Source: Heptranchias perlo (taxonomy: Eukaryota). Taken from it: a DNA stretch of 64,000 bases. The position numbers were made by a program, and so were the translations under genes. Under the pieces are notes generated by a model that had not been told where the DNA came from, searched no databases, and saw only the letters and a list, made by a program, of their open reading frames with translations. Every line of letters starts with the position of its first letter. The first letter of the stretch is position 1. Location of the stretch: assembly GCF_035084215.1 (NCBI RefSeq), contig NC_090370.1, positions 2,976,001 through 3,040,000 of the forward strand. Direction: 5' to 3'. Shown in pieces: positions 25,487 to 45,002 of this stretch.

Positions 25487-25944
25487 AGAAAGACTTGCAT
25501 TTATATAGCACCTTTAATGACCTCGGGACGTCCCAAAGTGGTTTACAACCAATGAAGTACTTTTGAAGTGTAGTCACTGTTGTAATATAGGAAATGCAGC
25601 AGCCAATTTGCACACAGCAGGGTCCCACAAACAGCAATGTGATAATGACCAGATAATCTGTTCTTAGGTGTTGGTTGAGGGATAAATATTGGCCAGGACA
25701 CTGAGGAGAACTGCCCTGCTCTTCTCCAAAATAGTGCCACGGGATCTTTTACGCACCTGAGAGGGCAGATAGGACCTTAGTTTAACATCTCATCTGAAAG
25801 ATGGCACCTCCAACAGTGCAGCACTCCCTCAGTACTGCACTGAAACATCTGCCAGGATTATGGAGTTCAAGTCGCTGGAGCAGGACTTGAACCCACAACC
25901 ATCTGACTCAGAGGCAAGAGTGCTACCACTGAGCCATGGTTGAC
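25487..25944 (-). mobile_element. SacSINE1-like SINE, full length
   Basis: Same head, core and tail. Confidence 0.85.
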
Positions 25945-27859
25945 ACTGTAAAACAATAGGTTTCAGTTTCTAATGTTACTTTTTTTTAAAAACGTCAGTC
26001 ATCCCATCAGTTCTTCTCTTACTTCAGCAGCAGTCGGAGGCTGGTGGATGGAGCTGTGTTTGTACCGTGAAGGACTGCGAGGTATGAATGGGATAACTTA
26101 GTGCTGCTTTCTTACACCACTGTGTAATTTCAATAGATGTGCAGCTGATTTAAAATTCTTTGTTGTTGGTTTGAGCTGTAAGTTTAGCCACATTTGTATA
26201 TTTAAATCTGCTACCCTTTAACCTTTTTAACTCAACTGTTGCTAAATGGAATGTGCAGTTCAGTAACATTAATGACAACACATTGGAGTGGGTTTTGTCA
26301 TCCATTCTCAATCAGCTTGTGTGCGACTAGTCGATTTTTTAAAAACCGATTCCCTATCCCAGTTATTTGCCCTAAATACACAGAAGTGAATTAAAAGAAA
26401 CCTTGCATTTCGTGACAAGATTTTTCACACAGCGTATTTTAAAGTTACAAATGTACCTCTGTACAGATTTAGTCCTTCCAGACAAGTTTAATTGTTCCGA
26501 CCTGGGCAGATTGCCAGGGCAAAGCTTTCCATGTGTTTTGTTTTATATACAAACACAACCCATCAAAATCAATAGATGTCAATCCTACACCTGTAATCAC
26601 GGTGATCAAACAGGTCAAACTCCTGAATATGCTAAAATCCCCAAAAAAGGACAATTGTTTTCCAATAATTTCACTAATCTATAGAAATATTTCCAAATAC
26701 TCTTGAAAAAGCCTGCATGAGGCTTTATATAATCTGATTGATTAAAACTAAAAGAAAAACAGTAAAAATAGGGGCAAAATTGGAAACGGAGTATCAGCCA
26801 CACACACAAGTACAGCCTGGGGGAGCAACATTAACAGGAGGGCTGTGCAAAGGTGAAGTGGAGTGGGAAGCTTAAATTCTGTTTGAGTTGAGTACTTGAT
26901 TTGGAACAACTCAATACTAATACTGGGTTCCATAAGTGCAGGTGATTCATTCTCCCAGCACCAACAGCCTGACATTGATGAGCACAATATTCACTGAAAA
27001 TGTCTTATCTATATAATGCACAATGTATGTTACACTCGTTCCTGATTGATTCAGATACAGTCTTGTCCGAGTTAAACATGCTGATTCACTCAACTATAGG
27101 TCGGGTCGTCTATCACTTGTGCACCACCAACCCAAGCAAAACCAATCAAAATCACTCAATTCAAAACTACCAATAAGGAACCAACAATTGTAGCAAAATG
27201 AACCAATTGAATTGCTCATCCTCCCCCCCCCCCCCCCCACCTCTAATTTTTTTGGCAGCTGTTTCCTCAGCCAGCTACCTATATATATTACAAAATCTTG
27301 CAACGTGTGCACATTTCCTGTTCACAAACCGTACTTTCTGTTGTCACTATATTTGGTCGTGCTTTTGTGTCAACATTTCCCATTCAACTTTGCCATGTCA
27401 ACTGTCACAATGTAATTGCAGGTTCTGGCCACTAAATGGCTCTGTGGAGTGAGTTTCTGAAGTCTTCCAACTCCCAACACTATCTTGCATGTCAATTCAT
27501 CATAAGCAATTTACTGGTATATAGGTAAAATTACAATTTCTAAACCTTACGTAAAAGTGTAAGTAATTTCCAAAAAATATTTAAACTTGCCCAAATTCTG
27601 TCACATCTATTCAATACATTTTGTCCCAGCTGAACATCCTTGGCTGCTTCAAGGTTTTATTAGTGGCACCCAAAACAGCTAAAAGGATGAAGTTTTTAAT
27701 ATCTACACTTAATTGTGTGGCATATACACTACTATAAATCAAAGGAGAAAGAGACACTAAAGTACCTTTAGTAAAAACACTCCCTCAGATACTGAAAAAT
27801 TGAAGGTGTGTCAGGGAGGAGGCACCTTCATTTTAGTTATTTCCCATTATGCAGTACCT

Positions 27860-28230
27860 TCTTAAATGCTTTTTGAAAATCTACAGAAATATCCTGTGTT
27901 TCCTTTTTCAATACATCATTATTTCTTCAAATAACTTGATTTAAGTTTGTCAGGCCTTTTACAAATCCATCCTGGCTGTCCTTAATTAACCCATGTCTTT
28001 TTAAGTATTCACTTTATCCCAATATTATGGTCTCTAGAAGCTTACCCACTACTGACATTAGGCTGACTGGTCTCTAGTTACCTGGTTTATCCTGTTAATC
28101 CTTTTTGAATAGAAGTGTTACATTGTTAACCCTCCAGTTCCCTGCAAAACTTTCAAGAATGTTTGGAAGCTTGTGATCAGAGCCTCTGCTATTTGCTCTC
28201 TGACTTCAGCATTCTAGGATGCAGCCATCA
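27860..28230 (-). mobile_element. Decayed CR1 RT fragment
   Basis: Reverse strand reads RPVSLMSVVGKLLE-like and HGF-like motifs, as in 60500-60800. Confidence 0.65.
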
Positions 28231-30209
28231 GAGCCCAGCCACTGAAGTGTATGTGTATGCTCCTTTAAGGCTAACTCATGTTAAGTAAATACTGGGAGTG
28301 TTAATTCATAGCTTAATTGCTAAACAGGCTGGAGATTCAAACCTTTTGTTTGTGGCAAAGTGAATTGAAGACCTGCAGACATTGTTGTTCTGGTATAATG
28401 TGCTCCTGCAGTGTTTTTCTATACACTGAAAATGACTGCCTTTATTTAGGCTATTTTTTGGAAAAAAAGTGAGAAATTTGCATTAAAGGTACAAATTTGC
28501 ACATGTTCAAAGATTTTAATATACTAGCAGATCTCCTATGCCTTTGCTCACATTGAGTCAGATTATATGCTGTTTTAGAAAGGTCGCGAAGTGTTATACC
28601 ATGTGATACAGAATGTATTATTGTGCTAGCTAGCAAGGTGCAGCTGTATCCCTTTAAGGCCAGTATAATTGTTAAGTAAACAGATCCTCATGTCATTCAG
28701 AGTTTAATTGTTGTTAGGTCAAAGAACTCTGCAAGTTGGAATATGCTTGTCAGTTCAGGCTCCAGCCCAGAAGGACACAGCATTTTAAGACCATTTGTAA
28801 TGTATTATAGAAATGTTCTACACTTATTCATAGTAGAGGGGAAAGGATGGTTTTAAGAGCATGTTGCAAATTTGAATCAATTTTAAAAGCACAATTTTGA
28901 AAGATTACTGTGAAGGCAACTTCAGCTTATGTGGGCATAGAAACGTGTCTGGAAAAACATCCACTACAATACACAGTAATACACAAGCATGGTTCTCAAT
29001 GGCCTCATACACAAGGCATCATTTTATTGCATCAAAAGCAGCTGTATTTTCAGAGTGGTCACAATGAAAATCATTTACAGAATACACACTGAACACAAAC
29101 CTGCAGTTTCTAAATTTTGAAAGAATGAAATAAGGACACATTTATAAAATGCAAAGTGGCAGTCATTTCCCAACTCAAGAGTATGTTGGCAAGAATGAAC
29201 AAAAAATGGGGCAAATAGTTTCTGCTAAACCAGGGCAGAGTCCAGGGATTCATTTTTAAACACAGTCTTTCTAATTTATAAGGAAGCATATGATTAGCCT
29301 GCAAAATTCCCCCACCCAGAAAAAAAAACATATCTCATCAATTCCAACACATTTCAGGTCAAAAGTTTCAAATGCTTTATATGTATTTGGCTCTTTTCAA
29401 CCCTAACTCACATGATACTCTTTCAGTTAATTATTGCCCTTCTTTTACAGGCCCTGCGCTGTAATTACTGACCTTCTCACCTGAAAGCAGCAGCTTTGAT
29501 GCAAATAGCCAAAGATTCTGTGTCTAAAGACAGAAAAACACAATTAACTTATACTTTGACATCAGTTACAGTCCATGTGATCTGGCTCAATCCAATACAT
29601 TATCAAAGTCTACTAGAAACAATGTGGGACTGTAAACCTTCTGATCAGGTTGGCAACGGTGTTAAATTGAACCTGGGACCTGTTGTGGAGCAGCTCCAAT
29701 ACTCGTACAGGCAATGAACCAGTCTGGTGTTAATACTCACTGGCACTCTGTTTGCGGAAAACCTGGCAATACTCTACAAAGTTCCAATCAATGGCAAATC
29801 AGAACAAACTTGGATTTTGCTCATTTTCATTCAAAACACATAATTTGTCATGTCCCGGGAATGGGAGAATTAAAAATATTTGGGAGAATGTTTGTGAAAA
29901 GGAAATGTGTGTTTCAGAAAGTTTACAATGCTGTGCTGCATGGATCATTTCTAGCAGCCCAGCATTTTTTTTAAAATGTCTTCTCATAAGACAGTTAGAT
30001 AGGAATAATAAATATATACCTCTTAAAAAGAAAAGGATCAATATAGTCTGTTTTCATTGAGACACTTGGTCAATAAATATGATAAGTGAGGCTAATTTTA
30101 ATTTAGTATGTAGTTGTCTCCAAGTGACCACAGTCAGATAGCCAACTTGAATATCATTTTTGGCTATTGGATAAAACTAAAAGGAAAAATAACAAAAGAA
30201 CAAACATGA

Positions 30210-30793
30210 ATTTATTTACAGCGCCTCATTATATCCTCAAGATGTCCCAAAGTGCTACACATTCAAAGAATTACTTTTGAAATGGAGTCACTTTTATTTA
30301 GGCATATGCAGCAGCCAACCTATGCACAAAAAAATCCCAAAACAGCAAAAGAAATGAATGACCAATTAATCCATTTTTGATGATGATTGTCAAGGGAGGA
30401 ACGTTGGTCAGGACACAGGAAGAATTCTTTGAATGGTGCCGGGTGTTTTTTTATTTAAGGGGGTTATCCGCAAGAGGGAACCTCCGACAGTGCAGCACTC
30501 CCTCAAGTGTCAGTCTAGATTATGAGCTCAAGTCCTGGAGTGGGATTTGAACCCACAACATTCTGACTCAGAGCTGAGTGCCACCAATTGAGGTAAGACG
30601 ACACTCAAGGTTTAAATAAGCAAACGTTATTTAGGTTAGTAACATAGCATTGAGCCTGCTTGATAAATCTTCATTGGTGTAAAGAAAGAAAGACGTACAT
30701 TACTACAGTGCCTTTCATGACCTCAGGACGTCCCAAAGCGCTTTACAGCCGATTAAGTACTTTTTGAAGTGAAGTCACTGTGGCAATGTAGGT
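30210..30793 (-). mobile_element. Decayed SacSINE1-like SINE plus a second tail fragment; further decayed copies at ~9500-9650, 20905-21200, 45455-45830 and 49777-49850
   Basis: Recognisable head, core and tail blocks. Confidence 0.7.
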
Positions 30794-31277
30794 AGCAGTT
30801 TTAGAAACAATGGATATAAGCAAGTGTCTCAAAACTGACACGTCATATCACATCACAGCAATAATATGAAGTCACAGTGAAAACTTGCGATGTGCAAATT
30901 GTTCAGTAGGATTTCCTATATTGGGTAACAGTTTGCAATGCTATATCCCTTATTTCTTGCTCTAGTTAATCTTAAAAAAGACACATCTATAAAATGCCAC
31001 TAGGAAACAAATTTTCAAATCCTCTGCTTTTGCTGCTGACACCAAAATACTTACCCACCATGCAAGAGTGTATAGTTATTAACACTTGCCATGTATTTGA
31101 AGGCTGCAGTTGGGGTTATTTTCTGGTTATATTTGTTTTTAAAGATGTGGGACACTCTTCAATGCAGTCTCTCCAGTTGCTGCAGCCATAAGAGAGTGTG
31201 TCCAGTATGTCCCAATAGAGCCATGTTCCTTCCAATGGTCACTTTCCTCTGTAAAGTCAAAGCAAGAAGTGCTCCTC

Positions 31278-38237
<6,960 letters not shown>

Positions 38238-39217
38238 AATCGCGGATTTTCTGAGGGAGGGGAAGGGGGGAAAAGCAAACCCCAAACCAATTTAAATTAA
38301 AATGAAGACTCGATGCCAGCGCGCGCAGCACACACTACACACATCGCCCGGGCGCATGTTAGTGATCGTCGCATTCAAAACACGTCATCACCAAGCGCTC
38401 TGCACGCTGGTGACACAGGGCAAGACACGTGAGCTTCTTTTTCCTGTCATTTAATAATTACAGATTGTTTCTTCAGAGATTTGCCAAAACAAAAGAAAAG
38501 TGTTCCCTCTAATTTATTGTTATTCAAGAGCAGCCATGAATGAAATTGTTTTTAGGAAAAAGTGAAAGAATGTGGTAAAAATTGTGACACAATGACTTGC
38601 ATTTATATAGCGCCTTTAACTCAGCCCCAGGCCCACATCCAGAGTGGAAATTGTTCAATTCACACTCATCATTAAATCAACTTCATCAACACCAGATATT
38701 TAAAAAATAATGAATGAAACGCACAGTTCAGCAATATACACTTAGTGGATCTGCGACGTGTGAAATGAGGAAATTAACTTGACCTCATTACATGCTTGGC
38801 AGCGATTCCCTGTCAAAAGAGCCATTAGGATTTTGCTGACTCTGCACTAATTCTCAACCAGAGTGACACTTTGTCATCACGTTGTGACCCTGAGTTCCAA
38901 GCTGGCAGTGAAATGTGCCGGCACAATGGCATATGTTTTCACATATAGGCTGTAACATCTTAAAAGAAAAACAGATCATTTTGACGTCTGCCACAAGTTA
39001 TTCTTTAATCTCAGCAGTCAGGCACAAGTCTGAAAAGGCCAAGTTTCTCTAGTTTTCCTTTCTAACTCAAGTCACTCTGAGGCTATGGATTAACATGATG
39101 GCTCTTCTCTGCACCACCTCCAGAGTTTGGCTATTGCCCTTGTGTCTCGCTGACCAGGACTGGAGCACTGATTGTGGATTTATGGAATTGCTACGCAGTC
39201 TGAAAAAGCTAAGCACG

Positions 39218-39507
39218 TAGAATCATACAACACAGAAGGAGGTCATTCAGCCCATCGTGCCTGTGCTGGCTCTTTGAAAGAGCTGTCCAACTAGCTGCCC
39301 TTTCCCCATATCCCTGCAATTTTTTCCTTTTCAAGTATTTATCCGATTCCCTTTTGAAAGTTATTATTGAATCTGCTTCCACCGCCCTTTCAGGCAGTGC
39401 ATTCGAGATCATAACAACTCGCTGCGTTAAAAAAAAATTCTCCTCATCTCCTCCTCTGGTTCTTTTGCCAATTATCTTAAATCTATGTCCTCTGGTTACC
39501 GACCCAC
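39218..39507 (-). mobile_element. CR1 LINE 3' end; a similar tail lies at 45500-45670
   Basis: tagaatcatacaacacagaagga...aagtatttatccgattccc...tcttaaatctatgtcctctggtt. Confidence 0.8.
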
Positions 39508-40274
39508 CTTGTCTTCACTTTTGTCTGCTATTTTTGTATATTTGTCTAACTCGGTTGCAATTTTTCTCCTCACCTGTCACACTCATTGTTATTCATTACA
39601 AAACTATCTACTCCTCTGTCAAGGCACTTGTCTAAGACTTTAATTTTAAAAAAGAGCTCAGTAACTGGATGGCACAGTGGCTTAGACACTCTGCCACCTA
39701 GAATCAAATGCAGACCAGACTGATGGCATGAAAATCCCATGTGAAACGAGTTCAGGCAGTTTCAATCCAGCACCGCACAAAACTCAGAAAGATCACAGCT
39801 TGGCTGGTTTTATACTGGTGCAGTAGGGGAGCTCTTCTGAGGCACATTCTGGGGCAGAGTAGAGGGTTGCTTCACTCTGCAACTGGCCGTGCTATACCTG
39901 ACCTTTGGAGTGCTTGAGGCTGAATTGGGAAGTTTCTATTCCCCAGCACTAACATCCCTCACCTTGATGAACACAAAATAATTCTTTTAAAAAAATAGCC
40001 AGTTCTGGTGCTGGAGTACTGGATTCCAGTATTGGACAAGTGGAACATAGTGTAGGACAGAAAACATAGAGAAACTCCATCATGAGTAGAACTCCCTTCA
40101 TGATTAGATTTAGGCAATGTATCTGTGGCCTTGCACTTCTTTTGGTGGTGTGTATTATTACACCCGCAGCTCCCTGGCACCTGATTATTCTTCGTGTACG
40201 ATTGTAGCCAATCTACTCAAACGTTGGGGGAATCATTTATGTTGTCACCCACTGTCCATGTATGCAGAATTTTC

Positions 40275-40476
40275 GACAAATGTAAGGAATCTTACAACAC
40301 CAGGTTATAGTCCAACAGTTTTATTTGAAAATCACAAGCTTTCAGAGGCTTTCTCCTTCGTCAGGTGAGTGTCTCCGAAAGCTTGTGATTTTCAAATAAA
40401 ACTGTTGGACTATAACCTGATGTTGTAAGATACCTTACATTTGTCCACCCCAGTCCATCACCGGCATCTCCACATC
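40275..40476. mobile_element. Short palindromic Penelope insertion A (inverted pair of pLTR ends), 13-bp TSD
   Basis: TSD atgcagaattttc at 40262-40274 and 40477-40489; the arms are reverse complements of each other and match the 3' end of the 43.1-45.0 kb element. Confidence 0.88.
40332..40368 (-). ncRNA. Minimal type I hammerhead ribozyme motif (PLE pLTR), slightly decayed
   Basis: UCAC-CUGACGA-A-GGAGAAAGCCUCU-GAAA-GC-UU-GUGA. Confidence 0.6.
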
Positions 40477-41309
40477 ATGCAGAATTTTCAGCTGTGTTCA
40501 CTGGATAACAATCAGGAAAGAGAATGCTGGCTGATTTCCCCCCCCCCCCGCAACCCGATCCCTCTCCCTTAGAGGAAATGAGGCCAACTATAGCACCCCA
40601 AGTGTTGCCCTGGCTGAGATTGGCTAACTCAGCACAGACTAGACTGAGTACCTTCAACCTTCTTGGTTGATATGCCTTAGTGCCACACCAGGGGTTCCAT
40701 GCATTGATTATTCCAGTACATTCTGAACTTTACTGCTCTTAATTAGAACCATGTTACGAAAGGTTATGTTAAATGCTTTAATTACAATGTTAAAAAGACC
40801 ATCTACTTTCGTCTTGAAAACCAACAGCTCTGAATCAATCTGAACAACTCCGATTCCAAAGATCACCGATCAATTCTGTGGTGATCACAACATTCCTGCT
40901 TCCTGCCTGTGACCAGGAGAGTGATTTCAACTGGCAGAAAGGCTCAGTAAACAGCCTTTCATTTGTTGTTCCATTATATCTGATGGGAAGCTTCTTAAAG
41001 AGATAGGTCCCGAAATTACTCGGAACGCAATACTGATGCTTACACCAGGACCGTGCCCATCAATTCCCTCTAAAGTTGGCAGGGTCAGTGGGTAGGGGCA
41101 CCTTATTTGTGTGGCACTTGTGTCCTCCTGCTGCATTTCAGGCCCACTTCTGGCATCCACCTGCCCCATGCCCACAGAAATTGCGGTGTTGCTCTGCGTG
41201 TGAGAAGAGAAGGGGGTTACCCAGCCCCCCCCCCCCACTTGTGACCTAAGGGACTAATGTGACAAAGCTATTTTAACAACAAAATTTAAAGCTTTGGGGG
41301 TCCAGGCTG

Positions 41310-41482
41310 CTTTTCTCTCCTTTAAGATGCTCCTTAAAACCTATCTCTTTGACCTGAGCTGTTGGTCACCTGTTCTAATATCTCCTTATGTGGCTCAGTG
41401 TCAAATTTTGTTTGATAATCGCTCCTGTGAAGCACCTTGGGACGTTTTACTACATTAAAGGCGCTATATAAATGCAAGTTGA
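41310..41482 (+). mobile_element. L2 LINE 3' tail; others at 42705-42826 (+) and 55770-56020 (-)
   Basis: ctccttaaaacctatctctttgacc...ctcctgtgaagcaccttgggacg...aaaggcgctatataaatgcaagtt. Confidence 0.8.
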
Positions 41483-42499
41483 TGTAATTGTTGTAATGTT
41501 ACTAATGAACACGTTAATGGGTTAGTTTTAATTTCCTCTGTTTGCTGTTTTGACAAAAACCCATTTATTTGGAAACCTGCTCATTTGCCAATATTGTACA
41601 ATACGATTGCAACCCCCAGAGAGATTTAGCTCTCCGAAAGGTGCGGTTCCTCTTCCAAACATAGTTCTGATGAAATCTCACGGTTGGATAGTTCCCGAGA
41701 AGTGACAGGGGTTGGCAACAGTGGAGTCCAGACCAGGCTAGGCACCACAGCCAAAAACACAAAGTACAGCGTGCAAGGACATGGAACTTGAGTCATTGAC
41801 CTGTTTAATTCAAAAGGTTGGTTTTATTAGTAAATCTAATCACAGCGCTATCAGTGGTGTTGTTTATTTTGAATAAGGACAAAATAATAAAAACTATAAA
41901 GTTGATAGATTGTATTAGACAAGTTTAAGTGAATTCAATAGTCTTTCTTCCAATGCAGTTATTTAGTTTGATGTAAGTTCCTACTAGTATGTAAAAGGAT
42001 TGGTATGTTTTGGGGCCTTTTCTGCCCTTCTTCCTCTAGACAGTTTAGCTTGCGTGTTTGAGACTAATAATGTAGCTGAGTTTTAGTTCCTTGCGGCCTT
42101 GTGAGCGGCGATGGTGGGGGGAGGGGGAGGGGGCGGGGAGAGCGGTGAATGTGAGGGATAGCGACAATTGGCAGCGTCTTGTGTTCTTTTAATTGGGGTC
42201 GGGAGGAGCATTCCCGCTCCACCCGGCTCCACATTCGGGTAAGTATATTTTTTAAAACTTACCTTGTTTGTTGCGGCCTACCAGGCGGTCCCCATGTAGG
42301 CCTGGCTTTCCTGAGTGCAGCCAGCACCAGCTGCCTCGGGCCAAACCAGTCCAGCAGTGGGGGGCCTCAAACAACCAATAGACCCTTATTTGCATATGCA
42401 AAGGACCTAACCTGTTTCAGGTGTGGGCACAGCACGGCGATTTTTTTGGCCAATATGCCAAGTGGCGCACTTCCAGCTCACAATGAACATGCGTAAAAA

Positions 42500-42700
42500 A
42501 CATCGAATAATAATCATGGGAGATTTCAACTACCCCCAAATAAACCAGCAGGAAGAGGTAGGCGAAGGGGAAAAGGGAATGGAGCTTTTACAGTGTGTTC
42601 AGGACTCTTTCTTACCCAGTATGTAAGCATCCCAGCAAGAGGAATCACTGCTGGATCTAGTAATGGGAAATGAACCAGAGCAGATAAGAGAAGTAAGAGT
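42500..42700 (+). mobile_element. CR1 APE endonuclease fragment
   Basis: IIIMGDFNYPQIN...LQCVQDSFL...LLDLVMGNEP. Confidence 0.75.
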
Positions 42701-43107
42701 ATTGGTCACTTGTCCTAATGTCTCCTTCTTTGGCTCGGGGTCAATTTTTGTCTGATTACGCTCCTGTGAAGAGACTTGGGACATTTTACTATGTTAAAGG
42801 CACTATTTAAATGCAAGGTGTTGTTGACTGATGTATCGGTCAGTATAGGCAGCAGTTTCATCTCCTTTCCCGTTGACTATCATGACCCAGCTGCCCAATG
42901 TCACTGCCCTAATGCATTTCCCAACGTACAGAAGAACACTGATGGCTACTTGGGTGTTAGTAAGTGACCATGTTAGTGTTAAATGGTTTGATGTGTGAAG
43001 TCCTTGGCAGATTGTAAGTTGCAGCTTGATTCTGTGCCCTGCTGAAATACAGGAATGATTCAGATGCAAAGGAAGAGCTGTAAGATAGTGTGAAGGCTTA
43101 TAATGGG

Positions 43108-45002
43108 CAATTGTAAACAATTTTACAACACCAAGTTATAGTCCAGCAATTTTATTTTAAATTCATAAGCTTTCGGAGGCTTCCTCCTTCCTCAGGTGAA
43201 CGATGTCGAAATGAAATCCTCGAAATGAAATCGCATTTATAATTCACAGAACAATGCTTGGTGATTACAGACAGTTTTTTCAACTGCCCATTGCCAAGGC
43301 AATCAGTGTGCAGACAGACAGGTGTTACCTGCAAGGTCTCAGAATATACAAATCACCAAAAAAAACAACAAACAAAAAAAAACAGAGATAGAGAGGTAGA
43401 AACATAGAAAAGACAGCAACTGACCCGTTATATTAAAAACAGATAACATTTGTTCGCTGGTGGGGTAACGTGTAGCGTGACATGAACCCAAGATCCCGGT
43501 TGAGGCCGTCCTCATGGGTGCGGAACTTGGCTATCAATTTCTGCTCGACGATTTTGCGTTGTCGTGTGTCTCGAAGGCCGCCTTGGAGTACGCTTACCCG
43601 AAGGTCGGTGGATGAATGTCCATGACTGCTGAAGTGTTCCCCGACTGGGAGGGAACCCTCCTGTTTGGCGATTGTTGCGCGGTGTCCGTTCATCCGTTGT
43701 CGCAGCGTCTGCATGGTCTCGCCAATGTACCATGCTCTGGGGCATCCTTTCCTGCAACGTATGAGGTAGACAACGTTGGCCGAGTCACAGGAGTATGAAC
43801 CATGCACCTGGTGGGTGGTGTCCTCTTGTGTGATGGTGGTATCTGTGTCGATGATCTGGCATGTCTTGCAGAGGTTACCGTGGCAGGGTTGTGTGGTGTC
43901 GTGGACGCTGTTCTCTTGAAAGCTAGGTAATTTGCTGCGAACGATGGTCTGTTTGAGGTTGGGTGGCTGTTTAAAGGCGAGTAGTGGAGGTGTGGGGATG
44001 GCCATAGCGAGGTGTTCGTCGTCATTGATGACATGTTGAAGGCTGCGGAGAACATGGCGTAGTTTCTCCGCTCCGAGGAAGTACTGGACGACAAAGGGTA
44101 CTCTGTTGGTTGCGTCCCGCGTTAGTCTCCTGAGGAGGTCTATGCGATTTTTTGCTGTGGCCCGTCGGAACTGTCGATCGATGAGTCGAGCGTCATATCC
44201 CGTTCTTACTAGGGCGTCTTTCAGCGTCTGTAGGTGTCCATCGCGTTCCTCCTCGTCTGAGCAGACCCTGTGTATTCGCAGGGCCTGTCCATAGGGGATG
44301 GCCTCTTTGACGTGGTTAGGGTGGAAGCTGGAAAAGTGGAGCATCGTGAGGTTGTCTGTGGGCTTGCGGTAGAGTGAGGTGCTGAGGTGCCCGTCTTTGA
44401 TGGAGATTCGTGTGTCCAAGAAAGAAACTGATTCTGAGGAGTAGTCCATGGTGAGCTTGATGGTGGGATGGAACTTGTTGATGTTGTCGTGTAGTCTCTT
44501 TAGTGATTCCTTGCCGTGGGTCCATAGAAAGAAAATGTCGTCGATGTATCTGGTGTATAGTGTTGGTTGGAGGTCTTGTGCAGTGAAGAAGTCCTGCTCG
44601 AACTTGTGCATGAAAATGTTGGCGTATTGGGGTGCGAATTTGGTCCCCATGGCTGTTCCGTGTGTTTGGGTAAAGAACTGGTTATCGAAGGTGAAGACAT
44701 TGTGATCCAGGATGAAGCGGATGAGTTGTAGGATGGCGTCCGGAGATTGGCTGTTGTTGGTGTTGAGTATTGATGCTGTCGCAGCGATGCCGTCATCGTG
44801 GGGGATACTGGTGTATAGTGCCGAGACGTCCATCGTGGTGAGAAGTGTTCCTGGTTCAACTGGTCCGTGGGTGCTGAGTTTTTGTAGGAAGTCTGTAGTG
44901 TCGCGACAGAAGCTGGGGGTTCCCTGTACGATGGGTTTCAGGATGCCCTCGATGTATCCAGAGAGGTTCTCACACAGGGTTCCGTTGCCTGATACGATAG
45001 GG
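43108..45002 (-). mobile_element. Penelope-like retroelement (probably Neptune group), 5'-truncated, with an uninterrupted RT plus GIY-YIG frame and 3' pLTR
   Basis: ORF 43433-45076 contains PIVSG, DVSALYTSIPH, GTAMG, RYIDDIF, FLD, YRKPT, Cys linker CHGNLCKTC and GIY-YIG NVVYLIRCRKGC...WYIGET...RMNGHR; the first ~25 aa of the ORF are host flank. Confidence 0.93.
43161..43200 (-). ncRNA. Minimal type I hammerhead ribozyme motif
   Basis: UUCAC-CUGAGGA-A-GGAGG(AAG)CCUCC-GAAA-GC-UU-AUGAA, with one stem I mismatch. Confidence 0.65.

Noticed and set aside
28245-28720. Two short similar blocks (tgtat..cctttaaggc...gttaagtaaa) as an LTR pair
   Set aside because: Similarity is short and decayed, with no PBS, PPT, TSD or internal coding sequence.
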